Shown in pieces: positions 48,357-57,959 of a stretch of 64,000 bases of DNA. The notes under the pieces are model-generated. The model was given only the letters and a program-made list of their open reading frames with translations, did no database searches and was not told where the DNA came from. Source of the DNA: Alphaproteobacteria bacterium (GTDB taxonomy: Bacteria; Pseudomonadota; Alphaproteobacteria; MPNO01; UBA830); the NCBI GenBank assembly GCA_022822405.1, contig JAJEBT010000066.1, positions 25,464 through 89,463 of the forward strand. Reading direction: 5' to 3'. The number at the start of each line of letters is the position of its first letter. The first letter of the stretch is position 1. The position numbers and the translations under genes were made by a program.

Positions 48357-49967
48357 TCAGAATCCGGCGAAGAAATCGTTTCCCTTGTCGTCGATTACGA
48401 CGAATGCGGGAAACTCCTCGACCTCGATGCGCCAGATCGCCTCCATTCCGAGTTCGGGATACTCGATGCAGTCGACCTTTCTGATGCAGTCCTGCGCCAG
48501 CCGGGCAGCTGGACCCCCTATCGAGCCAAGATAGAAGCCGCCGTGCTTTCTGCACGACTCCGTCACCTGCCGCGACCGGTTGCCCTTGGCCAGCATCACG
48601 TGGCTTCCGCCGCGGGCCTGGAATTCCTCGACATAGGAATCCATCCGGCCTGCGGTGGTCGGGCCGAAGGAGCCCGAGGCGTATCCCTCCGGTGTCTTGG
48701 CCGGGCCCGCGTAATAGATCGCATGGTTCCGGAAATGGTCGGGCATCGGCTCTCCGGCGTCGAGTCGCTGCTTGATTTTCGCGTGAGCGGCGTCGCGCGC
48801 CACGACCATCGGTCCGGTGAGCGAGAGGCGCGTGCTTACGCTGCAGCGCCCGAGCGTGCGCCTGATATCCTCCATCGGGCGGGTGAGGTCGATCTCCACC
48901 ACCTCGCCGGCGAGATCGGCGGGTTCTATTTCGGGCAGAAACCTTGCGGGGTTCATCTCGAGCTGTTCGAGGAACACGCCGTCCCGCGTGATCTTCGCGA
49001 GCGCCTGGCGGTCGGCCGCGCAGGAGACACCGAGGCCGATGGGAACGCTTGCGCCGTGCCGCGGCAGGCGGATCACGCGGACGTCGTGGCAGAAATACTT
49101 GCCTCCGAACTGCGCGCCGATGCCGGTCTTCCGGGAGAGATCGAGAATCCTCTCCTCCATCTCGAGGTCGCGGTAGCCGGTCCCGCGATCGCCGCCCTCG
49201 GTCGGCAGCGAGTCGAGATACCGGGTGGTGGCGAGCTTGACCGTCTTCATGGTGAATTCGGCCGAGGTGCCGCCGATGACGATTGCCAGATGGTATGGCG
49301 GGCAGGCTGCGGTTCCGATCGAGCGGATCTTTTCGTCGATGAACGAGAGCATGGCCTTTTCGTTCAGCACCGCCGGTGTCTGCTGGTAGAGAAACGACTT
49401 GTTGGCCGAACCGCCGCCCTTGGCAATGAAGAGGAACTTGTACTCGTCGCCGCGGCTGGAATAGATCTCGATCTGTGCGGGCAGGTTGGTGCCGGTGTTG
49501 GTTTCGCTGAACATCGCAAGCGGCGAGACGTGGGAGTAACGGAGATTCCGTTCCCGATAGGTTCTGAGAACCCCGTCCGACAGCGCCGATTCGTCGTAGC
49601 CGTCCGTGCGAACGTTGTGTCCCTTCTTGCCCATGATGATCGCGGTCCCGGTATCTTGGCACATGGGCAGGATACCGCCGGCGGCGATGTTGGCATTCTT
49701 CAGGAGATCGAGGGCCACGAAGCGGTCATTGTCCGACGCTTCCGGATCATCGAGAATGTCGCGCAACTGCTGCAGATGCCCCGGCCTCAGGAAGTGGGCG
49801 ATGTCGGAGAACGCCTCCGCGGAAAGCTGTTCGAGGCCTTCGGGTTCGACCTTGAGGATCTCCTCTCCTTCGAAATCGCCGACCGACACGAAGTCCGACG
49901 TGAGTTTGCGGTATTCGGTCTGGTCGGGACCGAGAGGAAGGATGTCGTCGTAGGAGCCGTCGGCCAC
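48357..49967 (-). CDS. class I (Fe-S) fumarate hydratase
   Basis: 536 aa. ...[18 protein letters not shown]...[11 protein letters not shown]... and the C-terminal beta domain ...AKGNRS... are typical of FumA-type hydro-lyases. Confidence 0.85.
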   Translation of the reverse strand: MADGSYDDILPLGPDQTEYRKLTSDFVSVGDFEGEEILKVEPEGLEQLSAEAFSDIAHFLRPGHLQQLRDILDDPEASDNDRFVALDLLKNANIAAGGILPMCQDTGTAIIMGKKGHNVRTDGYDESALSDGVLRTYRERNLRYSHVSPLAMFSETNTGTNLPAQIEIYSSRGDEYKFLFIAKGGGSANKSFLYQQTPAVLNEKAMLSFIDEKIRSIGTAACPPYHLAIVIGGTSAEFTMKTVKLATTRYLDSLPTEGGDRGTGYRDLEMEERILDLSRKTGIGAQFGGKYFCHDVRVIRLPRHGASVPIGLGVSCAADRQALAKITRDGVFLEQLEMNPARFLPEIEPADLAGEVVEIDLTRPMEDIRRTLGRCSVSTRLSLTGPMVVARDAAHAKIKQRLDAGEPMPDHFRNHAIYYAGPAKTPEGYASGSFGPTTAGRMDSYVEEFQARGGSHVMLAKGNRSRQVTESCRKHGGFYLGSIGGPAARLAQDCIRKVDCIEYPELGMEAIWRIEVEEFPAFVVIDDKGNDFFAGF

Positions 49968-50037
49968 GTCGGGTCAACTCCCTGGTTGCTGGTTGGCGCG
50001 GGGTCTGGCGGCGGGCGCGGGACGCGGACTCACGGGC

Positions 50038-50517
50038 TCAGGTCCTGTTCTTGCGAAAGGCATCGAGGGCAATGACCTCGCTGGTGCCTTCGCCGCCGTC
50101 TGCCTGCGCCGGCGGCGCGCCTTCATCGGAATCTGCCGGACCCTCCGCGACGGTCCCGTCGCCCGCGCCGTCGAACTGAAGGCTGAAATTGACGGACGGG
50201 TCGGCGAAGACGGTGATTGCCTCATAGGGGATATGGAGAACCTCGTGCCTGCCGGAAAAGCTCAGCGTGACGTCGAAGGTGTCCTCGCGTGCGGCAAGGC
50301 CCCAGAACTTGTGCTGAAGGACGATGGTCATTTCCTCGGGGTATTTGTGCCTTAGGAAATCCGCGATGCGGACGTCCGGATGCTTGGTCCGGAACGAAAT
50401 GTAGAAATGGTGATCGCCGGGCAGGCCTTCCCGTTCGACGCGCGCGAGCGCTTCGCGCATGATTCCGCGCATCGCCCGTGCAGCCAGTTCCGCATAGTCG
50501 ATCAGGTCGTCAGCCAT
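50038..50517 (-). CDS. sspB: ClpXP adaptor SspB (alphaproteobacterial type)
   Basis: MADDLIDYAELAARAMRGIMREALARVEREGLPGDHHFYISF... is the core. It is followed by an acidic/Gly linker and a C-terminal ClpX-binding-like tail, EVIALDAFRKNRT. Confidence 0.75.
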   Translation of the reverse strand: MADDLIDYAELAARAMRGIMREALARVEREGLPGDHHFYISFRTKHPDVRIADFLRHKYPEEMTIVLQHKFWGLAAREDTFDVTLSFSGRHEVLHIPYEAITVFADPSVNFSLQFDGAGDGTVAEGPADSDEGAPPAQADGGEGTSEVIALDAFRKNRT

Positions 50518-50589
50518 GAGCCGGCAAGTCCCGCATTTCCGCTGTCCGTGCGCTGCACCTAGCAGCCGGATCGCAGAATAGCTGCGGAA

Positions 50590-50950
50590 CCGGACCTAGC
50601 CAAGCGCGTCGGCAGGTCCACAGCCCGGGTGGCATCGGACTGTCCGCTTCCAGAGGCCTGTCAGGTCGTGGAGGTCGGGGGCTTCTGTTGCCCGGTGCCC
50701 CCGGGACCGCGCTTTCCTAGATCTAGGCAGCGAGGGCCAATTCGTTGTCATTGGCATTTGTAAAGGCGGCCCGCTAACGGCGGTACCATACCGGGCGAAA
50801 AGCAAGTCTTTAGACGCGTGTCGATCCTGTTTCGCCCCCGTCGGAACATCTGCGGCCGTTCCCGCAGGATGCGTTGGTGGAGGCGCCGGGTACTGCCCCC
50901 GGGTCCACGGCGCTTATTGCACAAACCGTTTATCGCCATAGTCGGCAAGC
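50590..50950 (-). ncRNA. ssrA: two-piece (circularly permuted) tmRNA gene
   Basis: Read on the minus strand. The acceptor piece ends ...CCGGG-GGCAGTA-CCCGG-CGCCTCC-ACCA (CCA at 50877-50875). A 35-nt spacer follows. The coding piece then starts GGGGGCGAAACAGGATCGAC (G1 at 50839). GGGGGCG pairs with CGCCTCC, including a G3:U pair. The tag frame GCC AAT GAC AAC GAA TTG GCC CTC GCT GCC TAG (50755-50723) reads ANDNELALAA*. The outer ends are approximate, and the T-loop is non-canonical. Confidence 0.8.
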
Positions 50951-51147
50951 CGACAAGACAAATATGGCGTATGCAACCGGGACAGTAAAGCCCGTTCCGC
51001 ACAAATTTTGGCCGGACCGCACCAGGCACCGGGGGAGTCTTGCAGGGTAGCGTCCGACACCGATTGACCGGAAAGGCTGGCGACATAATCTGGATCATGC
51101 CGGATGGCCAGGATCCGGCGAATGTCGGTTCGGTGGAGCGAGGGAAA

Positions 51148-52353
51148 ATGCGAACGGCTGCCAAATTTGCGGTTGGGCTGGTCGTGCTTGCCGCTTGCAC
51201 GACGGCTTATCTGTTTGCAACGGGGGAACGCGGTCTGTCGGCGCGCGACGGACAGGCGAGAACCCTCGTCGTCTCGCGGTTGAGCGCAGGGGAGACGACG
51301 GGGCTGGGCTGGAGTCCCGAGGGTCTGGATGCTGCGTTCGAATTCGCCGCGTCGTTGAGCACGGACGCTCTGGCCATCGTGACGGGGGGCAGGACCGTTG
51401 CGTCATTCGGCGATCCGGGCAGGGCCTATGACATTCACTCGATCCGCAAGGCGCTGCTGAGCGCGATCCTGGGACAGCACATCGGGACCGGACACGGACG
51501 GATCTCTCTGGCGGACACTCTGAGCGACCTGAATATCGACGAGGTGCCGCGACCGCTTACGGCCCTGCAGAAGACGGCGACCGTCAGGCATCTGCTGAGA
51601 AGCGTCTCGGGCATAAATCGCCCCGCGGCCGGCGAAGGCGGGTTGACCGCCGAGAAGAACCGGCTGCTGGGCAAGGGGGAAAACACCCCTGGTACCAAAT
51701 GGGCCTACAACAACTGGGATTACAACGTCCTCACGACCATCTTCGAGAGACGCACGGGGTTGACTGTCGCCGAGGCATTTCTGAACGGGATTGCCCGGCC
51801 CGCCGGGATGCAGGAATTCACGAAGGGCGCGGTCCGGTATATGGAAGAATCGAAGGTTTCAAGACATCGCGCGGCCGCGTTCGAGATGTCGACGCGCGAC
51901 CTCGTCCGGTTCGGCCAGCTCTACCTCGACCGGGGTCGGATCGGTGGCAGGGAAGTCATTCCCGCTGGATGGATCGACCGTATCCACGAGGACATGACCC
52001 CGACCGGGCGAAACGATCTGCGGTGGGGACACGGATATCTGTGGTGGGTTCCCGGCCCGGACACAGGACTTCCCAAAGGCACCTACTGGGCCTGGGGGCT
52101 CGGCAACCAGGCGGTTTTCGTCATACCGGCCTGGGACACGGTCATCGTTCACCAGGCGGACACAACGGAGTTCAGGAAGCGCTTCTTTCCGGCGGCCGAA
52201 CGGGGCGGTGACGCGGAAGCCGTCCTGTTGAAGATGATACGGGATTGCAGAGGCAGGGATAACAGAGGGTCCGAATACTGCGTCGAGCACCGCTTCATCA
52301 CGCGACGGGAATTCGACGGGTTGATCGCCCGCATCGTCGATGCGCGGCTGTAG
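51148..52353 (+). CDS. serine hydrolase (beta-lactamase/PBP4-like family)
   Basis: The ATG at 51148 gives a signal/lipobox-like N-terminus (MRTAAKFAVGLVVLAAC). An SxxK motif (HSIRKAL) and YNNWDY (YxN-like) follow. Confidence 0.7.
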   Translation: MRTAAKFAVGLVVLAACTTAYLFATGERGLSARDGQARTLVVSRLSAGETTGLGWSPEGLDAAFEFAASLSTDALAIVTGGRTVASFGDPGRAYDIHSIRKALLSAILGQHIGTGHGRISLADTLSDLNIDEVPRPLTALQKTATVRHLLRSVSGINRPAAGEGGLTAEKNRLLGKGENTPGTKWAYNNWDYNVLTTIFERRTGLTVAEAFLNGIARPAGMQEFTKGAVRYMEESKVSRHRAAAFEMSTRDLVRFGQLYLDRGRIGGREVIPAGWIDRIHEDMTPTGRNDLRWGHGYLWWVPGPDTGLPKGTYWAWGLGNQAVFVIPAWDTVIVHQADTTEFRKRFFPAAERGGDAEAVLLKMIRDCRGRDNRGSEYCVEHRFITRREFDGLIARIVDARL

Positions 52354-52763
52354 GCGGCGAAGAAGGGGATGTCTGCCCGCCCGGACAGCGGGTGGTCGGT
52401 GACCGTGGCCGTCGAAGCCGGCAGCGAAGGCGGAGGTCGGACGGCACCGACGGTCAAAGGAGATCGGGTAGACGGCGGAACCCCGGCCAGACCGGGGTGA
52501 GGGCGATGCCGTGGCTTGCCGGCTTGGAGCGGTTCGACGGCTTCGCCCTGTTGACAAGCTGTGAATCTCCGGGGGAACAGGGGGGAGGTCGTCCGCAAAA
52601 ACGGCGTATTCTTCTTGATCCGCCAGCCTCCAGGGGTGACGATAGGGCTGACCGGGATCGGCTGCGCCGGTCGACGCCGGGGCGGGTGCCATGTGCGGCA
52701 AACAGTCAGTCTGCTCGGGGCCCCGGTGCGCCGGTAGTCAGGGCTGCGGGAACAAAGTGAGGC

Positions 52764-53558
52764 ATGAAACAATATCTTGAACTTCTTCGTCGCGTGCGCG
52801 ACACCGGCATCTACAGGGACGATCGCACGGGCACCGGGACATACAGCGTCTTCGGCCATCAGATGCGTTTCGACCTCGCGCACGGATTTCCGCTCGTGAC
52901 CACCAAAAGGATTCACGTCAAGTCGGTGATTCACGAGTTGCTGTGGTTCCTGCGCGGTGACACCAATATCGGCTATCTCAACGAGAACGGCGTTTCGATC
53001 TGGAACGAGTGGGCTGACGAAGACGGCGATCTCGGGCCGGTCTATGGCGCGCAGTGGCGCTCGTGGAAGGGCGGCGACGGCGCCGAGATCGACCAGATCT
53101 CGCGCGTGGTGGAAGCAATCAGGGTCGACGGCGCGTCGCGGCGCCTGATCGTTAGCGCCTGGAACGTGGCCGAGATCGACCGCATGGCCCTGCCGCCGTG
53201 CCACTGCCTCTTCCAGTTTCATGTTGCCGAGGGCCGCCTCTCCTGCCAGCTCTACCAGCGCAGCGCGGACATCTTCCTTGGCGTGCCGTTCAATATCGCC
53301 TCCTATGCGCTGCTGACCATGATGGTGGCCCAGGTAACCGGCCTCGAGGCCGGCGAATTCGTCCACACCCTCGGCGATGCCCATCTCTATGCCAACCATC
53401 TCGAGCAGGCGGATGAACAAATCGAACGCGAACCCCATCCCCTGCCTGCGATGCGCATCAATCCCGAAATCCGCGACATCTTCGGCTTCCGTTACGAGGA
53501 TTTCTTCCTCGAGGAATACAGGTTCCATCCCCATATCCCGGCGGCCGTCGCGGTCTGA
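52764..53558 (+). CDS. thyA: thymidylate synthase
   Basis: [11 protein letters not shown]...DRTGTGT.SVFG...PPCHCLFQF...[22 protein letters not shown] is the canonical ThyA sequence. Confidence 0.95.
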   Translation: MKQYLELLRRVRDTGIYRDDRTGTGTYSVFGHQMRFDLAHGFPLVTTKRIHVKSVIHELLWFLRGDTNIGYLNENGVSIWNEWADEDGDLGPVYGAQWRSWKGGDGAEIDQISRVVEAIRVDGASRRLIVSAWNVAEIDRMALPPCHCLFQFHVAEGRLSCQLYQRSADIFLGVPFNIASYALLTMMVAQVTGLEAGEFVHTLGDAHLYANHLEQADEQIEREPHPLPAMRINPEIRDIFGFRYEDFFLEEYRFHPHIPAAVAV

Positions 53559-53567
53559 AGGTCCGTC

Positions 53568-54077
53568 TTGCGCGTTGCGATAATTGTCGCCGTCGCCGAA
53601 AACGGCGTCATCGGCAGGGACGGGGGGCTTCCTTGGCGCCTGTCCGGCGACCTGCGGCGATTTCGGGCGCTGACCATCGGAAAACCCGTGGTGATGGGCC
53701 GCAAGACCTACCAGTCGATAGGACGGCCGCTTCCCGGCCGCCGGAACATCGTGATCACGCGCAATTCCGCGCGCCTGTCCGGTGCCGTGGAGGCCGCACC
53801 CGACTTGCGGGCGGCGCTTGATCGCGCCGCCATCGCCGCCGCCGAACTCGGGGCGGACGAAGTCTTCGTCATTGGCGGCGCGGGGGTCTACCGCGAGGCG
53901 CTGACCATGGCCGACATCATCCACATGACCGAGGTGCATGCCGCGGCTGAGGGCGCTGTGACGTTTCCCCTGCCCCTCGCCGCCGAATGGCGGGAGGTCT
54001 CGCGTGAGCGTCGCTCAGCGGGCGACGGTGACGACCACGACTATTCGTTCGTGACATTCGAACGCGCGCCGGCCTGA
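53568..54077 (+). CDS. folA: dihydrofolate reductase
   Basis: TTG start. IAVAENGVIGRDGGLPWRLSGDLRRFRALTIGKPVVMGRKTYQSIGRPLPGRRNIVITR is the DHFR signature. Confidence 0.9.
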   Translation: MRVAIIVAVAENGVIGRDGGLPWRLSGDLRRFRALTIGKPVVMGRKTYQSIGRPLPGRRNIVITRNSARLSGAVEAAPDLRAALDRAAIAAAELGADEVFVIGGAGVYREALTMADIIHMTEVHAAAEGAVTFPLPLAAEWREVSRERRSAGDGDDHDYSFVTFERAPA

Positions 54078-54094
54078 CTGTCCCGCGCGGCCGC

Positions 54095-54122
54095 CTGCGG
54101 CCCGAACGGGCCGCAGCGTTTA
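54095..54122 (+). terminator. intrinsic terminator-like hairpin after folA
   Basis: The stem is ctgcggccc (54095-54103), the loop gaac, and the second arm gggccgcag (54108-54116). It is followed by cgtttat. Confidence 0.55.
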
Positions 54123-54230
54123 TCGGCGCTGGGTAGGTTTGAGTTCGATACGCCGGTTGAAGTGGTATGCGTGCACCGCGTCACTCGTGTCGATAGTGCG
54201 GTGCTGCCCTTGAGCGCGAATACGGTCTCG
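54119..54230 (-). pseudogene. orphan 3' fragment of an OmpA/MotB-type peptidoglycan-binding domain gene
   Basis: The minus-strand frame reads ...IRAQGQHRTIDTSDAVHAYHFNRRIELKPTQRR*. This parallels the C-terminus of the 625-aa protein at 56059 (...IDTRDTVDAYRLNRRIELKLTQR*). No upstream part of a gene is present. Confidence 0.7.
54123..54194. repeat. direct repeat, copy A (matches 56059..56130)
   Basis: 63/72 positions are identical to copy B by hand alignment, in the same orientation. Confidence 0.8.
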
Positions 54231-54284
54231 TTGGCGATATCTTGCAGCGTGGTCAGGAGCAGGCGAATCTGGGTCACGTATCGG

Positions 54285-55133
54285 TCAAGTATCGCCGTCT
54301 GCCATTTGTGGTATTCCGGGCAGGAATGCTTCGGGCACGTAGATGCGATAGGCCGGGTGAAGCCTGCCGCCCTCCACCAGGGCCCGCGGTCCGGATCCGA
54401 AGTCGATCCCTGAGATGTCCAGGTGCTTGCGCCATGCGTGCCGGTGCTTGTCGGCAAACACAAAGAACAGCCTTCTCACCTTCACGCTGCGGCACGCTGC
54501 CAGGAGCGCCGCGAGCCGCCTGGGTCGGAGCGACACCAGCCCCTCGAAGACCTTGTCGAGGTTCTCGAAGGTTGCATTCCGCGGCAGTTCGTCGAGGGCC
54601 TCGAGGATGGCGCGTTCCGGCGAGGACGTCTTCAGGGGCCAGCGCCACACGTCCACCATTGGTCGGGTTCCCGCTGCCTCGGGATGGGCATCGTCGATAC
54701 CGAGGGGATCATCGCCGAACAGGGCGTGCCGGCGGACGACGACCTCGGTCTGCATGGGCAGCCGCTTCAGCCAGGACGGCACCTCGCCATAGAAAAGAAC
54801 GCGCGATCTTCCCCCCAATCTCAGGTAATGGGCGTAGCCGGCCATGTCGAGGGCGCTCTCTCCGCCGAGATGCACGGGATACTTCATGAGCCATTGGAGA
54901 GAGAGAAGCGGTATCGTCCAGGACTCCTCGTGGCCGGCTTGCGCGCCTTTGGGTAGCGGACGGCGGTACACGCCGCGGACGACGCGTTCGAGCCACCCGC
55001 GGGCAACATAGTCATGTATCGACTTCGGGTCGATCCCCTGGGCTCTCAGCCATGGTGTGTCGACCATGAAGCCGGGAGGGACGGTATCCAGGAGTGGTTT
55101 CAGTCGTGGGGTTTTTTGACGGTTCATAACCAT
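54285..55133 (-). CDS. AbiEi-like (type IV TA antitoxin family) DNA-binding protein, no adjacent AbiEii toxin
   Basis: The N-terminus ...GFMVDTPWLRAQGIDPKSIHDYVARGWLERVVRGVYRRP is the winged-helix AbiEi-type pattern. No nucleotidyltransferase ORF lies downstream. Confidence 0.5.
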   Translation of the reverse strand: MVMNRQKTPRLKPLLDTVPPGFMVDTPWLRAQGIDPKSIHDYVARGWLERVVRGVYRRPLPKGAQAGHEESWTIPLLSLQWLMKYPVHLGGESALDMAGYAHYLRLGGRSRVLFYGEVPSWLKRLPMQTEVVVRRHALFGDDPLGIDDAHPEAAGTRPMVDVWRWPLKTSSPERAILEALDELPRNATFENLDKVFEGLVSLRPRRLAALLAACRSVKVRRLFFVFADKHRHAWRKHLDISGIDFGSGPRALVEGGRLHPAYRIYVPEAFLPGIPQMADGDT

Positions 55134-55152
55134 TAAAATACGTTATTACTAA

Positions 55153-55296
55153 AATTGTGGCTTCGACTTCGCCTGTGCCGCCCGGACCTATGTCGTGGTC
55201 TACACGGTGCGGGGTTCGATCGTTCGCATCATTTCGGCCCGCAAGGCCAATGGCAAGGAGGTCGCGGACTATGAGCACAACGCGCATCAGGATTGA
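55153..55296 (+). pseudogene. BrnT-like (DUF497) toxin remnant
   Basis: The frame opens just after a TAA and reads NCGFDFACAARTYVVVYTVRGSIVRIISARKANGKEVADYEHNAHQD*. The ...VRIISARKA..E...Y end is characteristic of BrnT. The N-terminus and middle are missing and there is no start codon. Confidence 0.55.
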
Positions 55297-55606
55297 TCCG
55301 GACGATCCGTCCACCCTGCCCGAGGGGAGGATCGATCCCGCTAGGGTGGATGCCACCACCGAAGCGGAGATCGCGGCGCAGGAGCGGGAGGACGAGGCTG
55401 AAGCCATGCAGGACATGGCGCGGTATGCGCGCCGGGTTCGGCGGCGGCTGGGGCTTTCCCAGACCGAGCTGGCGCGGCGCATCGACGTGCCGCACGAGAC
55501 CATCCGCAACTGGGAACAGGGCAAGCGTTGCCCGACCGGGGCGGCGCGCGCCCTGCTGCGGGTGCTCGACAAGGCACCGGAAACTGCGCTTCGCGTTCTG
55601 ACCTGA
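55271..55606 (+). CDS. HTH (XRE-type) antitoxin-like transcriptional regulator
   Basis: MSTTRIRIDPDD...RRVRRRLGLSQTELARRIDVPHETIRNWEQGKRCPTGAARALLRVL. The start overlaps the end of the BrnT-like remnant, as in two-gene TA modules. Confidence 0.65.
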   Translation: MSTTRIRIDPDDPSTLPEGRIDPARVDATTEAEIAAQEREDEAEAMQDMARYARRVRRRLGLSQTELARRIDVPHETIRNWEQGKRCPTGAARALLRVLDKAPETALRVLT

Positions 55607-56058
55607 AAGTATGGCGGCGATACCACCCGGCGAATCTATTTTCGATCATGCGCCAGATGCCGCATTTTCCCCTGCGCTCCTGCTGCCCAACGGCTTGATT
55701 CCATGCAGGAAACCCTCTGACGGCAGCGTTTGACATGGCCGAATCGCGGGTCCAAATCGACTCCCGCGTGCGTAGTATTGCGGAAGAGCGAAGATCGCGG
55801 AATTTCCGTCATGCGTGGCGTGGCGACGAACCACAAAGGTGGAGCGGAGGCGCGGATCTATACCGGCGTGGTGACGCTGGCCCGGAACATCGACCGGCGC
55901 GTCGGGCGCGAGGAACTGGACAGGCTCGCCGCCGCCAACGACAACGCGCCGGCGACGGAGCGCCAGCCGGGTCTGATGCCCAAGGTTGGCTTTACCAACA
56001 ACGCAAGTTGTTCAGTTGAAAATAACCTGCGTTGTTGCCGCCCCAGGCACGGCCGTTT

Positions 56059-56130
56059 TCAGCGCTGGGTAAGCTTGAGTTCGATACGCCGGTTGAGGCG
56101 GTAGGCGTCCACCGTGTCACGCGTGTCGAT
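56059..56130. repeat. direct repeat, copy B (3' end of the intact motB/ompA-like gene)
   Basis: See copy A at 54123..54194. Confidence 0.8.
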
Positions 56131-57936
56131 GGGGTGGTTTGATCCGAAGCCGGCCGCGAACAGGCGATCGGCGGGTATCCCACGGTCGATCAGCTGACGC
56201 ACCACGGCAATCGCCCGTCCGGTGGACAGTTCCCAGTTCGAGGGATACGCTGGTGTGTTGATCGGAATACGGTCGGTATGGCCATCGATCCGGAGCACCC
56301 AGTCCACGCCATCTGGAATACGCGCCGAGACGTCCGTCAGCGTGCGCGCCAGCCTGTCGATCTGTACGAGCGCGTTCTCGCTGAAGTCCGTCGATCCTGA
56401 ATCGAACAGTATCTCCGACTGCACCACGAAGCGGTCACCCACGATCCGGATTCCTTCCTGGTCGCCGAGTACCTCGCGCAGCTTGCCGAAGAATTCGGAC
56501 CGGTACCGTGCCAGTTCGGCGACCCTGGACATCAGCGCCCGGCTCAGTCGTTCTTCAAGATCGACGATTTCCGCCAACCGTGCGTCCTCCCTGGTTTCGG
56601 ACACCTCGAGCGCTGTGTTGACCTTGGCAAGTTCCCGGCGTAGCGCCGTAACCTGCTCCGCAACGGCCTCGGCCCGTTTGCGCGCGGCTGCGCCGATTTC
56701 CTGCTCCTCGGCGAGACGGACGCGCTCCCGCTCCAGAGCGCGTCCTTTCGATTCGGCCTCTTTCTCGGCCCTGTCCGCCCGTTTCTCCTCGGCTGCCAGC
56801 AGGTCCGAGAGTTCCCGGGAACGGATGCCGAGGAGCGAGATGACCTGCCGATGTTCGGCGATCTCCTGACGAAGAGTCTCCGCTTGGGCGGTCGACACCT
56901 CTATCTCCTCGCGGGCCTCGACACCGGCCTCGCGTGCCTTGGCCAGTTCGCCGCGCAGCCGCGCGATCGTGCGCGCCCTGGCTTCGAGTTCCTCTTCGGC
57001 TCTTGCTGCTCTCTCCCTTTCGGCCGTCAACTCGGTCCTCAGGGTTCCGATCTCGTCACGGGCCTGAGCGATCATGCGCGCGCTGACCTCGAGTTTGTTT
57101 TCAGCCGTTGCAGATCTGTCTCGTTCGGCGGCCAGCAGCGCCTGAAGCTGCCGGGATCTGGCACGTGACCGGGCAATTGTCTCGTCGCGGTTCGCGAGAT
57201 CTTGCTGAAGCGCCGCCACCCGGGCCGTCAGGGCCCTGATTTCCCTGCGAGCAGCAGCGCCGGCCTCCTTTTCCGCGGCCAGTTCGGCACGCGTCTGTTC
57301 AAGCAATCGCGCCGTCGCGTCCAGGGCCTTCTCAGCCGTCCCCGACCGCTCCCTTTCGGCAGTCAGCGCCGCCGTCAGTTCTTCCGACTTGGCGGTCAAC
57401 TGCGAGACGGTCTCGGTACGTCTCGCGAGGTCACCGCGGATTCCCGCAAGCAGAATATTGAGAATTTCTATCTGCCTGCGCGCTTCCGCGCTGATGTCTT
57501 GCTCTTCCTTCAGTTCGGAGCGTGTCTGTTCGAGCGCCTGTTCCGTGGTCTTGACGTCTGCCGCCGCCTCCCGGTACCTCTCCTTCTCTATGGACAGCAG
57601 GGCGAAGAGTTCCCTCGAACTCGCGATCAGGCGGGCTATAGTTTCGTCGCGCTCGGCAATTTCCTGTCCGAGATCCGCGATTCGCTGCTCAAGATCCTCG
57701 CGCGCTCGACTTGCCTTCGTCCGTTCGAGCGAAAGGAGCTCCGATACCGTGGCGACCTCTCGCTTCAGATCGTCGAGAGCCCTTTCACGTCCCACAAGAA
57801 CGTCGCTGAGAAAAAACTGCGCCACGGTAAAGATCATCACGAGAAAGATGATCACCACCAGCAGCGCCGCCAGGGCGTCGACGAAACCCGGCCAGATGTC
57901 CGGCGTCTGCCGTTGCCGCTCGGGGATGCGTGCCAT
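56059..57936 (-). CDS. MotB/OmpA-family peptidoglycan-binding protein with a roughly 420-aa repetitive coiled coil
   Basis: The N-terminal MotB-like TM segment is DIWPGFVDALAALLVVIIFLVMIF. Four to five coiled-coil units of about 76 aa follow (...ERDETIARL...LLAAERER...LEQTRAEL...). The C-terminal OmpA-like domain is ...VLRIDGHTD...N.ELS..RA..V...L...G......GFG...P...NRRIEL. Confidence 0.8.
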   Translation of the reverse strand: MARIPERQRQTPDIWPGFVDALAALLVVIIFLVMIFTVAQFFLSDVLVGRERALDDLKREVATVSELLSLERTKASRAREDLEQRIADLGQEIAERDETIARLIASSRELFALLSIEKERYREAAADVKTTEQALEQTRSELKEEQDISAEARRQIEILNILLAGIRGDLARRTETVSQLTAKSEELTAALTAERERSGTAEKALDATARLLEQTRAELAAEKEAGAAARREIRALTARVAALQQDLANRDETIARSRARSRQLQALLAAERDRSATAENKLEVSARMIAQARDEIGTLRTELTAERERAARAEEELEARARTIARLRGELAKAREAGVEAREEIEVSTAQAETLRQEIAEHRQVISLLGIRSRELSDLLAAEEKRADRAEKEAESKGRALERERVRLAEEQEIGAAARKRAEAVAEQVTALRRELAKVNTALEVSETREDARLAEIVDLEERLSRALMSRVAELARYRSEFFGKLREVLGDQEGIRIVGDRFVVQSEILFDSGSTDFSENALVQIDRLARTLTDVSARIPDGVDWVLRIDGHTDRIPINTPAYPSNWELSTGRAIAVVRQLIDRGIPADRLFAAGFGSNHPIDTRDTVDAYRLNRRIELKLTQR

Positions 57937-57959
57937 CTCGGGCGGCTCCCGGAGCCTGC

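Noticed and set aside
48040-49662. Upstream part of the listed 878-aa minus-strand ORF (47026..49662)
   Set aside because: The PanE sequence starts at the ATG at 48039. Upstream codons overlap the class I fumarase gene in another frame and are Arg-rich nonsense.
52149-53939. 596-aa minus-strand ORF
   Set aside because: It is antisense to thyA and folA, two of the most recognisable proteins in the window. It has no domain signature.
55607-56058. ORFs 55730..56104 (+) and 55636..55836 (-) in the unassigned tail of the insertion
   Set aside because: They have no recognisable motifs, overlap each other on opposite strands, and lack SD sequences. The region is treated as non-coding debris of the degraded element.
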